Shown here in pieces: positions 11,403-22,838 of a stretch of DNA of 29,826 bases. The notes beneath the pieces were generated by a model. The model ran no database searches, was not told the origin of the DNA, and worked only from the letters and a program-made list of their open reading frames with translations. Positions within the stretch are counted from its first letter, which is position 1; each line of letters opens with the position of its first letter. Made by a program: the position numbers and the translations under genes. This DNA comes from Ginkgo biloba. Lineage: Eukaryota; Plantae; Ginkgophyta. The stretch spans positions 81,996,455-82,026,280 of the forward strand of contig JANKJI020000002.1 in NCBI GenBank assembly GCA_024626585.2. The letters are read 5' to 3'.

Positions 11403-13435
11403 TCAAGTGACTTTGACGAAATGCAAAAGGTACATAGAACGATTGATGTTTTCCTATATGTATTAACTATTTTACAATATATAGAGCATGCACAATTGGA
11501 TTTTGAGGAATGCTATGACCAAGCTTTGAAATTTATTCGAAGATGGTCATCCACTAGAGGACGAGAGACGACACCTAGATTGCTAATTGAGGCAAGGTGA
11601 GAGGTAACAACTAGATCATCAATTGAAGGAAGGTGGTCTTGTGCCTAAATGAGTCCTCAACACTCTTATGTTTATATTATATTGAGTGCTACTTCCACTT
11701 GAAGTGAGTGTTTGGATGAGGTAGATAACATGCTCGAATGAATATTAATTGCTATTAATGGTGAAGACTATTATTTCAAGCCACATGGATGGTTTGTGTC
11801 AACAATAAATCTTTTTAATAACATGGCATACGTTGACTTGTGAGTGTGTCACATGTCATTGACACATTATAGAAAATGTGTGGGACAAAGCTAAATGATC
11901 TTATGAATGCAAAGTGACATGATTTTTTGTTGAATAAAGAATGCCATTTAATAGAATAAATCCCTTATCTTATTCTTAGAACTTATATCATTACTCATCA
12001 AGTTTCTTATCTTATCCCTATATAGAAGATTTTTGTAAGCAAATAAATTTTTCCTTTATGGTAAGTTTCCAAAATACCCAAAAAAGAAAGAAAGATTTGC
12101 ATTACATATTATACCAAATATCATTTGATTTCAGTAAAGATCCTCTAAACTACTTACTCCTTGCCTTTCATATTTGAGAATAAGGGAAGCCAACAAAAAT
12201 CTAGAATAAACCTGCCTTGCATTATTAAACATTATCTATTTTGGGACATTGTTTTTCTACAATATTTTTGGCTATCATATCAACTTTTCCCCAAACCTCA
12301 ACCTTAGTAAACACCTATGTGGGATTCGTGGTCAAACACCAAAATTGAGGCCCAAGACCTAAGGCCACCTCATTTGTCCATTGATATCTTTAGTTTTAGA
12401 ATCAACAAAACCTTTTACCATATAGTGTCTGTTGTTGGAAAAACTATGCCTAATACTGCTAGTATTTTCCCCTTTACTAGTCCCTGCATAGGGCAATGGG
12501 CTGATTGGAATCTCTTTGTCCATACGAGTTGATTAATTATACCCTAATTATAGGCCTTTAAATTTTGCATTTCCCAAAGTTATGTTAAAAGCATATCATT
12601 TTAAAATAATAATTAGTTTATATATATTTTCTTAGAAGGTAAATTTGCATTCAATATAGAGATACATTAAGTANNNNNNNNNNNNNNNNNNNNNNNNNNN
12701 NNNNNNNNNNNNNNNNNNNNNNNNNNNNNNNNNNNNNNNNNNNNNNNNNNNNNNNNNNNNNNNNNNNNNNNNNNNNNNNNNNNNNNNNNNNNNNNNNNNN
12801 NNNNNNNNNNNNNNNNNNNNNNNNNNNNNNNNNNNNNNNNNNNNNNNNNNNNNATAAAATACATTGACAATACCATACCAATAATTTTTCCTAGTGAAAA
12901 TGTGTATATAACACAATTTTCCCTTTATTTAGTCTAAATAATATCCATATTAATCAACACTAACATTAATAGTATTAACTTCCATTTTTATCTTTACAGA
13001 ACTCACCGATTTGTGTCCTCATACAGGTTTTTTAAATAAATATTACAAGTACACACCATTTTTTTCAAATATAACATCAAAATGTAGACGAGGATTTGCT
13101 ACTATGCAGCTAGTGTTCTTGCTTAAAATGGAACATAATACTAAAAGTGCAGGCCTCATCCATGAGAAAATAATACATCAGGTATGTAGACAAGCACCAA
13201 TATTCTTGTGGAGGTAGCTGATAATACAAGGAATATAAAACATCTATCAATAGTTCAAATAGAAAATTGGAGCAATACTCTTATAAAATGCTAAGGAATT
13301 TTCCTTTCATTTCTCCTTTCAACCTCATTTGCAAAAAAAATAAGATAACGCTTCTATATTCCTTTGGATGCCATCTCTACTTTTTTTATTACAATCTGTA
13401 CTGTTGAATCTGGTTCCCAGTAATATTGTACTTAC

Positions 13436-13547
13436 CAATTAGAAGTCCCCTGTAGGAGAACCTGGGCTGATCCATTATGATCCATGGAGCCATCTGGACT
13501 ATAACCTTTTTGGTTGTAAAGTTGAACAGGCATAGCTGACTGAGTGT
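13436..13547 (-). CDS. HEXO3: Beta-hexosaminidase internal exon C: TLSQLCLFNFTTKKVIVQMAPWIIMDQPRFSYRGLLI(D)
   Basis: cctgcAG|ACACTC...CTAATTG|GTaagt; 112 nt (37 codons +1). Contains DxPRFxYRGLLID, which opens the GH20 catalytic domain. The frame differs from the listed ORF 13432..13728. Confidence 0.96.
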
Positions 13548-13850
13548 CTGCAGGATCTCTCATATTAGACTTGACAGTCATGTTCGCCATTGCAAAGAAG
13601 AGGTCAAGCATGGCATAGAATTGGGAAATGTCAATCTGTAACTCAGGAATGCTATTCAATGTCTGCAATCTTCCAAACGCTATGACTCTCATACAAATGA
13701 TTGAATGATTTTGCTGAATTTCTAGCAATTTTTATTAGTGATCCTTTGGTGCAAAACAACCCGATGCCTATAAATTTCAGCAACTTCAAATATAATATAC
13801 TTTATTTGGGCATCAATAGACTAATGAAAATCATATGAATAAATCATTAC
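13548..13850 (-). other. 303-nt GT-AG intron of the hexosaminidase gene
   Basis: GTaatg...cctgcAG between exons B and C; putative CTAAT branch site about 20 nt upstream of the acceptor. Confidence 0.9.
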
Positions 13851-13886
13851 CTGAAGTCCATGAAGAGCCCCATAAACACTCTTTGC
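13851..13886 (-). CDS. HEXO3: Beta-hexosaminidase internal 36-nt exon B: AKSVYGALHGLQ
   Basis: gtttgcAG|GCAAAG...CTTCAG|GTaatg. The peptide matches the plant HEXO3-type motif AKSVYGALHGLQT; phase 0/0. Confidence 0.95.
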
Positions 13887-15915
13887 CTGCAAACAATAAA
13901 TGGAAAANNNNNNNNNNNNNNNNNNNNNNNNNAATACAATAAAGATCAAGGAAAATTATTTGGTAAGTATGCAAAGAGAAGTCTCTGTGTGCCAAATTAC
14001 ATCTTCCCGAGAACTTAACATATTTTTTCCCTCTAAAGAACAAGCATGTATTCACACATGCCTGCAAATTTATCAACAAGGCAAAGATATCTCAAAGGCA
14101 CACAAACTCATAGTTGCAAATGAGAAAATTTTGTCTCTTCCTTTTCCTGAATGATACTTTCCCAAAGGTCATAAAGAACTTAAAAAGACATGAAAGAAAT
14201 ATTTCACACAAGATCCAAACAGAGAAAAATATTCTCTGCTCACAGGATCCATTGTATACAAAGACAACTGTAAAAAGTAGATTCAAGGTTTCCTTCCAGT
14301 GGAAGGGTGCATCAACAAGTGAAATTTAATTTTACCTTTCTGCATCATTAGTTTCTTATGCCAGCTTCATTCAGAACCTTGATCATAGTCCAGACCATAC
14401 AGGAGATGATCATGGATTTGATTGAACACAACTACACTCTATGAACCTCTTTGAAGTTGTTCCTACTCTTGCTGGGAATCTTTTGAGACTCTAGTGATTA
14501 TAAGTTTTGCCTTGAACTTTTGAGACTCTTATTTGATTGTAAAGTCCTTCAACAAAATCAAGAATTATTTGGTTATAATCTTTCACGGATGCAGATAAAT
14601 ATACATGTTAGATTACTATGTTGCTATCTTGTCAATCTTCTTTTGGCCAGGAGGTTTTCAGCTAAGATGAATAGATTTGACCAGTTGCTACTTCAAAGAG
14701 TTACTGAACAAAGAATGCAAGGAAATAAACACCTTGAAGTAAAGCTTGTTGTTGTTTCCAATGGCCTTATTGGAGCATCAACATGGCTCAAAGTGAGGAA
14801 ACAGAGACCAGACTCAGAAGATTGGATCCTTGGAGAGTTCGGGAAAAAAATGTGCAGCTCTATGTGTGACGCAACATTCCCAGTTGCAGAGACAAAATTC
14901 ACAGTTTCATGGTCCATTTCATTGCAAGTCATGGATCATATATATTGAAACAGGATGGAGCATGAACCCTCTATAACTCCATTTTCCATGATATTACTTC
15001 TATTTTAAATCTCTTTGAAATTTATACAATTATTTCCTTAAGGACCTTCAACTCAAAAATGATCATATTTGTCCATTTTTTTATCGCAAGTTGGGACTTT
15101 ATTAAAAACTAACAAAAATATTGATTTTTGGATCAAAAAATGGATCAATTTCATCTTGTACATCCCCCGAGGTAGGTTTCAAAATTTAANNNNNNNNNNG
15201 ACCTCCCCTTTTTGGGAGTTTTTGGATCCTAAAAAACTTAATTAATTTTTTGAATTGGGTGAGAAAAATTATCATCTACCTCCTCAAGTCTATACCACTT
15301 ATATTTGGATGGAATTTTAATCCATTACACTAATTAGTAGGAACACTTGATTTCCTCTTGGTGTCTCAAAGTGTTTTGCTATTAAATGGCATCTTCTCCC
15401 ACTTGGCCTAAACAATTGGTCTAGGATATTATAAGGAATATTCCACTTACCTTTAATCTATTCAATTTTCTCCCAAACTTGATGGTCTTCTATTGCTCAT
15501 CTCATATACAATGTATTTATTTTAATAGACTTTGTAAATGAAATAGAAAAAGGTTACTTGAGAGGATTCAATGAAGTTATCATATTGGTCCTTGGGATGC
15601 CATAGGTGTGAATTTAATTATTCTTCAAATATGTATGTTGGTGTCCATATAAAAGAAAAAAAATCCACTAGATTATATGGGTAACTAGTCACTACATCTA
15701 CCAGTCTATTAGGAATTCTTTCACCTACATGGTTCATCAACAATCAATAAACGTAACGTTGCTCATCAACCTCTTTATGTCCTATTTTTTTTTCATAAGA
15801 AACCACATGCTATGCTTGTCCANNNNNNNNNNCTCTTGAAATTTGGGACCAAACCACACTACTTGGCCAAATCATATCCAAGCATCATCTTCCTAAGGTT
15901 ATTCTAAGCTAAGAA

Positions 15916-16070
15916 TTCTTCACAAATGGTTCTTTAAGGTGAAATTTCTTCATCCATGGTTCTTTAAAGATAGAACTCCTTCACTTATGCTTCTTCAAAT
16001 TTTTCTTTATTAATACTCCTTCACTAATGGTTCTTTAGGCCAAAACCTTTCAACCATGGTTCTATAGAGT
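15916..16070 (-). repeat. About 30-bp imperfect repeat, five copies (LKEPWMKKFH-like decapeptides on the minus strand)
   Basis: Core cttcac(t/a)aatggttcttta recurs at ~15916, 15946, 15976, 16016 and 16046. Confidence 0.75.
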
Positions 16071-16239
16071 TGAACCTAATTCTTTTAGAAAGAAATGATA
16101 GAGAGATATAGGTATATTAGTAATCCCTACTCACATCATTAACCATCCAAATAGTCCTTTTTAGATTTGAAGACCATCTTCCAAGTTCCTTCTTATTTAT
16201 TTTGAACTTGATGATATTTGGGTTTGAGATTCAAATTAT

Positions 16240-16717
16240 AGAGGTTCTTGACACATTACATAATTTTCTCCTTCTTTGGGCTTTTGACCAACATCATGAG
16301 CTTTTGGCTTCCATTAATCAATAACTTTTCTTCATACATTGAAATAAGTGAGATATTCTCCTTACCCTTATATGCATTGATAAGGTATGTCTTTTCTTCT
16401 TTAACAAACCTTCACTTTCAGGCTCTTCTCATGAATATCACATCATGATCCCATAGGTATGGAATGCCAATCACAACCTCACATACATTGAGAGGCACCA
16501 CATTGCATTCTACTTCATCAATGAATTCACTCAAAATATAAAATTTAAGTTTTCATTGTTGAGTGACTTGGAGCTCTATAATTTTCTATAACCATCCAAA
16601 TGGATATGGTTTTGGATGTGTAATCATATTCAAGTTCAATTTTCAAACCAATGTCTCAGATATCAAATTATTTTGACTTCCCAAGTTGAAGATGGTCATC
16701 ACTATAAACTTCTTGAT
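16240..16717 (-). mobile_element. Degenerate chromovirus/CRM-like gypsy aspartic protease
   Basis: TIFNLGSQNNLISETLV*KLNL...HPKPYPFGWL*...QVTQQ*KLKF...FIDEVECNVVPLNVCEVVIGIPYLWDHD. The catalytic DSGS has decayed to NLGS; in-frame stops. Confidence 0.9.
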
Positions 16718-16819
16718 NNNNNNNNNNNNNNNNNNNNNNNNNNNNNNNNNNNNNNNNNNNNNNNNNNNNNNNNNNNNNNNNNNNNNNNNNNNNNNNNNNN
16801 NNNNNNNNNNNNNNNNNTT

Positions 16820-17110
16820 ATGCTAGTCAATGGCGATGTCCTTCAATGTTGTTGGGAACACCCTCAACCAATGACTCTGGTCATCTTGGCCATTTGCCAT
16901 CCATATTGTCTCATACACATTGCAATGCCAGGTAGGGTCTTCTTCGCTATTATGCTGAATGCAGGCAACCTCTACATCTCCATTGGAGCTATATGTGAAC
17001 TTTGGTCTATTTGGCCTACTTGGCACACTTGGCCCACTTGGAGCACTAGTCGGCCCACTTAGCTCTCTTGGCACACTTTGCCCACTTAGGACGCTTTGTC
17101 CACTTGACAC
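16820..17110 (-). mobile_element. Retrotransposon gag N-terminal fragment preceded by a Pro/Ser/Gly repeat
   Basis: SGQSVLSGQSVP..SGPTSAPSGPSVPSRP, then EEDPTWHCNVYETIWMANG...WLRVFPTTLKDIAID*, which resembles the DP..H...F.....FP.TL...A.DW start of Retrotrans_gag. Confidence 0.75.
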
Positions 17111-17582
17111 CTTAATTGTCCATAGATGTCAATCCACTCTTATTGTCGTTGGATGTTGATGACTGTCTTTTTCTTTCTATGTTGTCAATGGATGTTTGAC
17201 CTCTTGCTAGATCTAGTCTTCAGAATCTTTTGTTCTTTTGGGTTTCAAGCCACAAACTCTCCCTCTAAGTCCTCTAATAGACTTTGTCAAAGCTGGCTGT
17301 CGGTATTCCTCCTTCAGTTTGTGCTCTGACTTCGCAGTTCTCCTTAGTAGGATTGGTTGTGCTTGTGCTCAACGACTCTTGATCTTTGAGACCTAGTTGT
17401 GCAAGAAGCTCCACAACATTAATGGTTGCCTATCGGGACCCACCTTTCCATATCACAATCTCTTAGCCATTTGTACCTTCTCGGATAACATCTTCTTCTT
17501 GGGCTACATACTCTTCTTGTTGTCGGCCTTCCAACTCTTGTTGTCTGACAATATGTGTTGACTTCTAAACATGAGTTGATAC

Positions 17583-17594
17583 TTCTTTATACCA
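17583..17594 (-). promoter_or_regulatory. Degenerate tRNA-iMet PBS upstream of the gag fragment
   Basis: Minus strand ...TGACA-A-TGGTATAAAGAA: a CA LTR-like end, 1-nt spacer and TGGTAT core, in the correct orientation for gag at 16820-17110. Confidence 0.5.
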
Positions 17595-18082
17595 TTGTCA
17601 TTGGGCATTTATTGACAACTTGCTACCAAGCTTATTGCCAAAATGTTTAGTTAAAGCACCACCACATTGTTGAAGTGGACGGAGATTATATTGTGTCGAT
17701 GCAAAAAGTATCAATTTCTTCAAATGAATTCTACATGGTCCCATTGAGTTCAGATTCATTGCAACAATTCAGGCAATGCATCGATTGGTTGTAGTAACTT
17801 TCAACCATGGGCCATGCAATTAAGCTTGCCCTGGCGTATGCTTTTCACTTCTTTCGGCATCCATTTGTGCAATTATCCTACGTCTTTTGAGTTACTTCCA
17901 TTTGCTCAACCAACAATATTGAAACAATGGCCAAAAAATGTTTGACTTTGTTGCAAAGAAATTGGCTTCAATTTTGGCATAGTTTGATCGTCATTCTTTG
18001 TTTAGGCCAAAATGTAATCTTCAACGAGTTGGTTTCACCATGGGAAAATATCAACTTCTTTGACTATCATTTGTTGCACCAC

Positions 18083-18763
18083 TGATGTAGGGGGAATGAG
18101 GATGCCCACCATACATTTTTCACCTTGGCTCCTAAATTTGTATTCTTTGCCAATCTTGATCATGAGTGCTATCACCACTAATGATTTGGGACCCTTGTGC
18201 TCGATCTAGATGGACAACCATTCCATATGTGTAGTACAAATTCCCAAGTTACGAATCTAGACTAACATTGGGATTGTGGAACTATTCCATGCATAAGATA
18301 AATTGCACCAAGCAATAAGTCATTGGGTGTTGGAAACAACAAGAGATTCTCTCTAATACATTGGAAGAATTTACAAGTAGGTCATCCAAAGATCAGAACA
18401 ATGCATGCAATGATGATGATCCCATGTTACTAATAAAAAATGATGGGGAGCCCTTTATAGGTGAAGAGAAACCCTGTACAATGCGATGGTAATCATTCAT
18501 GACAGTTGGCATACTGAATCCTAACAACTGCCCCCAATAACTAATACAAGCCACATGCCATGTAAGTAATCCCATCATAATCCATCAGATGGTCATCAGG
18601 TTGTTCTTGAATGTCTAGGCATTGCTTGGGCGTCATCTGGTAGTTATCCACTAATTTTTTATGATTCCCATTAATGTCTTATATCAACTAAGGTTGCTCC
18701 CAACTTATACAAACTGTCGAGACTAACCACAAAATAGTCGCTAACATCTAACCCCTCCCTTAG
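18083..18763 (-). mobile_element. LTR (18083-18746) with upstream polypurine tract (18747-18763)
   Basis: Minus strand CTAAGGGAGGGGTTAGA|TGTTAGCGAC..., TATA-like CCTATAAAGGG (~18451-18461) and a candidate end CCCTACATCA at 18083. Confidence 0.75.
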
Positions 18764-20449
18764 ACTTGAGCATCCCAATCANNNNNNNNNNNNNNNNNNN
18801 NNNNNNNNNNNNNNNNNNNNNNNNNNNNNNNNNNNNNNNNNNNNNNNNNNNNNNNNNNCTGAAGAATTTAAAGTCGCCATGGGAGAAATACATGAATTAG
18901 GTGAAACAAATTGATTGCTTGAGTTGCACCAATAATTAGAATTGTTATAGCTCAAACTTCTATGAATTTGACCTTGAAAGGAGGGTGAAAGTCAACCTTG
19001 AAGAGTGCATTAAATTCAGCCTTGGAAGATGTGCCAAAGCCTAAGCTCAATGATGGGGCCCGATTTAACATATTGCATATGATGATGAAACCCCATGGTG
19101 AGGTGCTTAGAGGNNNNNNNNNNNNNNNNNNNNNNNNNNNGTGAAGAGAAAATCCAAGAGGATCATCCAACTAAGGGTGCCTCTCTTCAAGGAGTAATTT
19201 GAGATGGTGTAGTGCCATAGAAGGCTTCTCAGGGTTTGGGGAATCCCTAGGTTAAGTTCATCTCTATGTGGAGGTTTGTACTAGTTTTGGGCATATAGGG
19301 GATTGTCTAAGCTTAAAAAATACCCTAACTTCATCTCTTTGATCTCTTACTTAAGGCATCTTCATTAGGCAAGTTGTTTTATGCATTGTGGTTGTAATAC
19401 TTCATCCCAAGAAGTTGTTGTTTCTAGACAACAACTCTTTCTTTCATATTTGGAACTGGTCTTTTGCATTTACTGTGACTTGTAGCACATATTTTCATTG
19501 AGGAATTGCTCAAATATGATCCTTGTGGCAAGGTGAACCCATTGGAGGGGTTTGTATATACTTTTGTTGTGTTGTAGGACCCAATGAACCTCTAAAAGAA
19601 GTCACAAGACATTTCCAACACCTAGCTACTAGTTTCTGCATAAGCACTACACCATACTTGGCCTAGAAAGTGAGTCATTGCATTCTAGAAGGATGGACTA
19701 AGACATTTTGGTTTGCAAAAGGGTTTGTCATCTTTAGATCTTCACTTTGGATTGGTAAGTCACCGCAAATTGTAAGTACTTGTTAAACTCTACTTTCTGC
19801 AATTATTTTTGCATATTGTTTTTAGTTTGTCATAATTGATAGAAACAAAAATAAGTGTAAAATCTAAATTTATGGTCATATATGCATGTATGTGTTACTT
19901 CACATAAAAGTCATGCAAATCTTATCTTGATAAGTGTGAACAAACTTGAGTTGTTTTTAGAGGCCACTGCATACATTTTACAACTTTTCATGAGTGCTCC
20001 AAATAAAGTCATGAAAAGGGAAAATGTGACGAGAAAACCGAAGGAGATGCTCTAGTTAGGGGCACCTCCCCTCTTGATGTAATTGCAACTAGTAANNNNN
20101 NNNNNNNNNNNNNNNNNNNNNNNNNNNNNNNNNNNNNNNNNNNNNNNNNNNNNNNNNNNNNNNNNNNNNNNNNNNNNNNNNNNNNNNNNNNNNNNTATTT
20201 TTTTCATTAAAGTCTGAGTTGTAACAACCTTGTTAGTTGAAGCAACTTAGATTAACCAGCCAGATTCATTCAAGAAGTCGTTCTAAGGGAAGAACTATTT
20301 CTCATCTTCCAAATAGTCATTCTCTAAGAAGAAGGTTAAGAAGAATTTCTTTCACAACAAGTTTTCTAAGTCTTTTTCAAATAAAGGAAAAGAACCTCAA
20401 CAACAAAATAAGAGTAGCATTTTTGGTCAAAGGGGAACAAGAATCCATG

Positions 20450-22277
20450 CATCAAGTTTTCTAAATGTGGAGGAAACCATAGGAAAAGGGATTACCCACA
20501 CATTCAAAGTAATGATGTCAAATTGGACAAGAAGGCAAAAACTATGGTGATGTAGAAAAGGAATAACTAGAGAGATAGATTGAGGAGTTGTTGGATCAGG
20601 GTTGTATTTGACCTTCTAAGTCTCCATTTGCTATGCCAATGCTCATGGTTAAGAAGAAGGATGGATTGATGAGGATGTGTCGACTATCGAGCACTCAACA
20701 AGGCCACCGTCAAGGATAAGTATCCACTTTTACCAATTGATGATATCTTAGATACTATGAGAGGAGTAGTTATTTTCCCCAAGATTGGTCTAAGGAGTGG
20801 CTATCATCAAATTGGAATTCATCCTAAGGACATCAAGAAGATGGCATTCACTATGAGAGATGGTCGCTATGAGTATTTGGTCATTCCCTTCAAACTTACA
20901 AATGCNNNNNNNNNNNNNNNNNNNNNNNNNNNNNNNNNNNNNNNNNNNNNNNNNNNNNNNNGTAAATTTGTACTTGTATTCTTAGATGATATCACGATTT
21001 ATAGCAAAAGGAAGAGCATGAGAGGAATCTCTAAATGGTCTTGGATGTTCTAAGAAAGGAGAAATTGTATGTCAAGCTATCTGAATTTTATTTCTACAAA
21101 GAAGAAGTAGAATATTTTAGGCATATAGTTTTGGCGCAAGGGATATCAGTTGATCCTAAGAAGGTGAAAGTGGCTTGTGAATGGAAGGCTCCAACAAGTG
21201 TGCACAAGGTGAGAAGTTTCCTTGGATTAGACAACCTTTATTGTGGGTTTGTGGTAAATTTTTCATAATTGGCAACACCACTCATAGAGTTGGTGAAAAA
21301 ATCCAAGAGATTCAAATGGACAAAAAGATCTCAAGGCAGTTTTGACTTGTTGAAGCAGAATCTTATTAAGGCACCAATCTTGACTTACCAGATTTGGTAA
21401 GGCCTTTCACCATCTTCATCGATGCCAATGGAGTTTCTATTGGAGAAACACATATATAGGATGGTAAGGTTGTGATAAATGAGAGTAGGAAGATGAATGA
21501 AATTGAACAAAAGTATCCTATTTATGATCAAGAGATTCTAGCAATTATTCATGCCATTAATATTTGGAAGCATTATTTAAAGAATAACGAATTTGAAGTT
21601 GTAACAGATCATATGCCTTTGTTGTCCTTTCCACCCAAAGCCAAATTAGGGTCTAGGCATATAGGTGGGCTATGGTATATGAGGAGTTCAAGCCCAAGGT
21701 GACCTATAGAGCAGGAAAGAAAAATATAGTAGTTGATGTACTATCTAGAATGCCACATGTAATAATATTTTGATTGTGCAGGGTTCTTTTAGGAAATAAA
21801 TCCAAGAGGCACAAGAGAAAGACAAGTGGTGAGTTATGAGTTATGCAAAATTTTACATATCATGGTAGATTATTGTGGTATAAGAATCAAGTGGTTGCTA
21901 GCCATGTGGGTACGGACAAGACTTATGCGTTTGCCAGGAAATATGTTTACTAGAAGAATATGAAGAACGAAATTGTAGATTATATTCAGACATGTGGGTA
22001 GTACTATGTGAACAAGGTAGATAGACATCCGCCAACAGTACTATTGATGCCTTTATCTATTCTTAAAGACAAAATGGGAGAGTATCTCTATGGATTTTAT
22101 GACATCATTGCCTAGAACACAACAACAACATGACCAAATATTAGTGGTTGTGGATCATCTCACTAATATAGTAAGGTTTATACCATGCATAATGGCTCAT
22201 AAGGGTATGGATGTAGCTAAAATCTTGACAACATACATCTTTATAAATTTTAGGATGCCTAAGAGCATAATGAGCAA
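20450..22277 (+). mobile_element. Degenerate chromovirus-type Ty3/gypsy gag-pol: zinc knuckle, RT, RNase H, integrase
   Basis: IKFSKCGGNHRKRDYP (decayed CCHC); IEELLDQG..PSKSPFAMPMLMVKKKDG..DYRALNK..LRSGYHQI..VFLDDI; KVRSFLGL; FIDANG..ESRKM..YPIYDQEILAII..VTDH; HVGTDKT..WESISMDFMTSLP. Gypsy domain order; many stops and frameshifts. Confidence 0.96.
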
Positions 22278-22762
22278 NNNNNNNNNNNNNNNNNNNNNNN
22301 NNNNNNNNNNNNNNNNNNNNNNNNNNNNNNNNNNNNNNNNNNNNNNNNNNNNNNNNNNNNNNNNNNNNNNNNNNNNNAAGTTTGAGATAGAAATTTTAAT
22401 TTGGGTTTATGAGTTATGAGAGTCTTTCTTTATGATCTTTAGTAACTATACCATCCATATGTTCGTATTAACACATAGGTATCCTCATTGGAATATTATA
22501 TCATTTGTGTGTAACTCTAATTTGTGAGGTTTCAACCTTGTAGCTATGTAACTCCCTTCCTAAGATTATTCACAGTTGTATAAGTAGGTTCATTTGCTCC
22601 ATTCTTTGATTAGAGAAGGATTTAGAATTTTCTTCTCACATTCATTGTGTGAGAAGCTTGTATGAGTCAATTCTTCATTACAAAAAACTTTTTTATGAGT
22701 GAATTTTTTTTTGCATGTGAGGTGCAACTCATATTTTTTAATTCCTAATTTTTTTCTAACAT

Positions 22763-22838
22763 CATTAATGTCCTATGTCAGCTAAAGTTGCTTCTAACTT
22801 ATACAAAATGTCAGGGCTAACCACATAATAGACGCTAA
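22763..22838 (-). repeat. Dispersed copy of the 5' terminus of the 18083-18746 LTR
   Basis: 76-bp ungapped match to 18669-18744 (about 12 mismatches by manual count), with weaker similarity a further ~20 bp to the left. Confidence 0.88.

Noticed and set aside
13432-13728. Listed 98-aa ORF as a standalone protein
   Set aside because: It is an alternative frame over HEXO exon C; the conserved GH20 peptide is in another frame.
17700-17850. Helitron Rep-like resemblance (C..G...L.PI...PELLQ) on the minus strand
   Set aside because: Too short and stop-riddled; downstream conserved motifs are absent.
18859-19800. LTR/5' UTR-like sequence for the plus-strand gypsy (also 22378-22740)
   Set aside because: Termini fall in gaps or are unclear, no convincing PBS, and the two segments do not visibly match each other.
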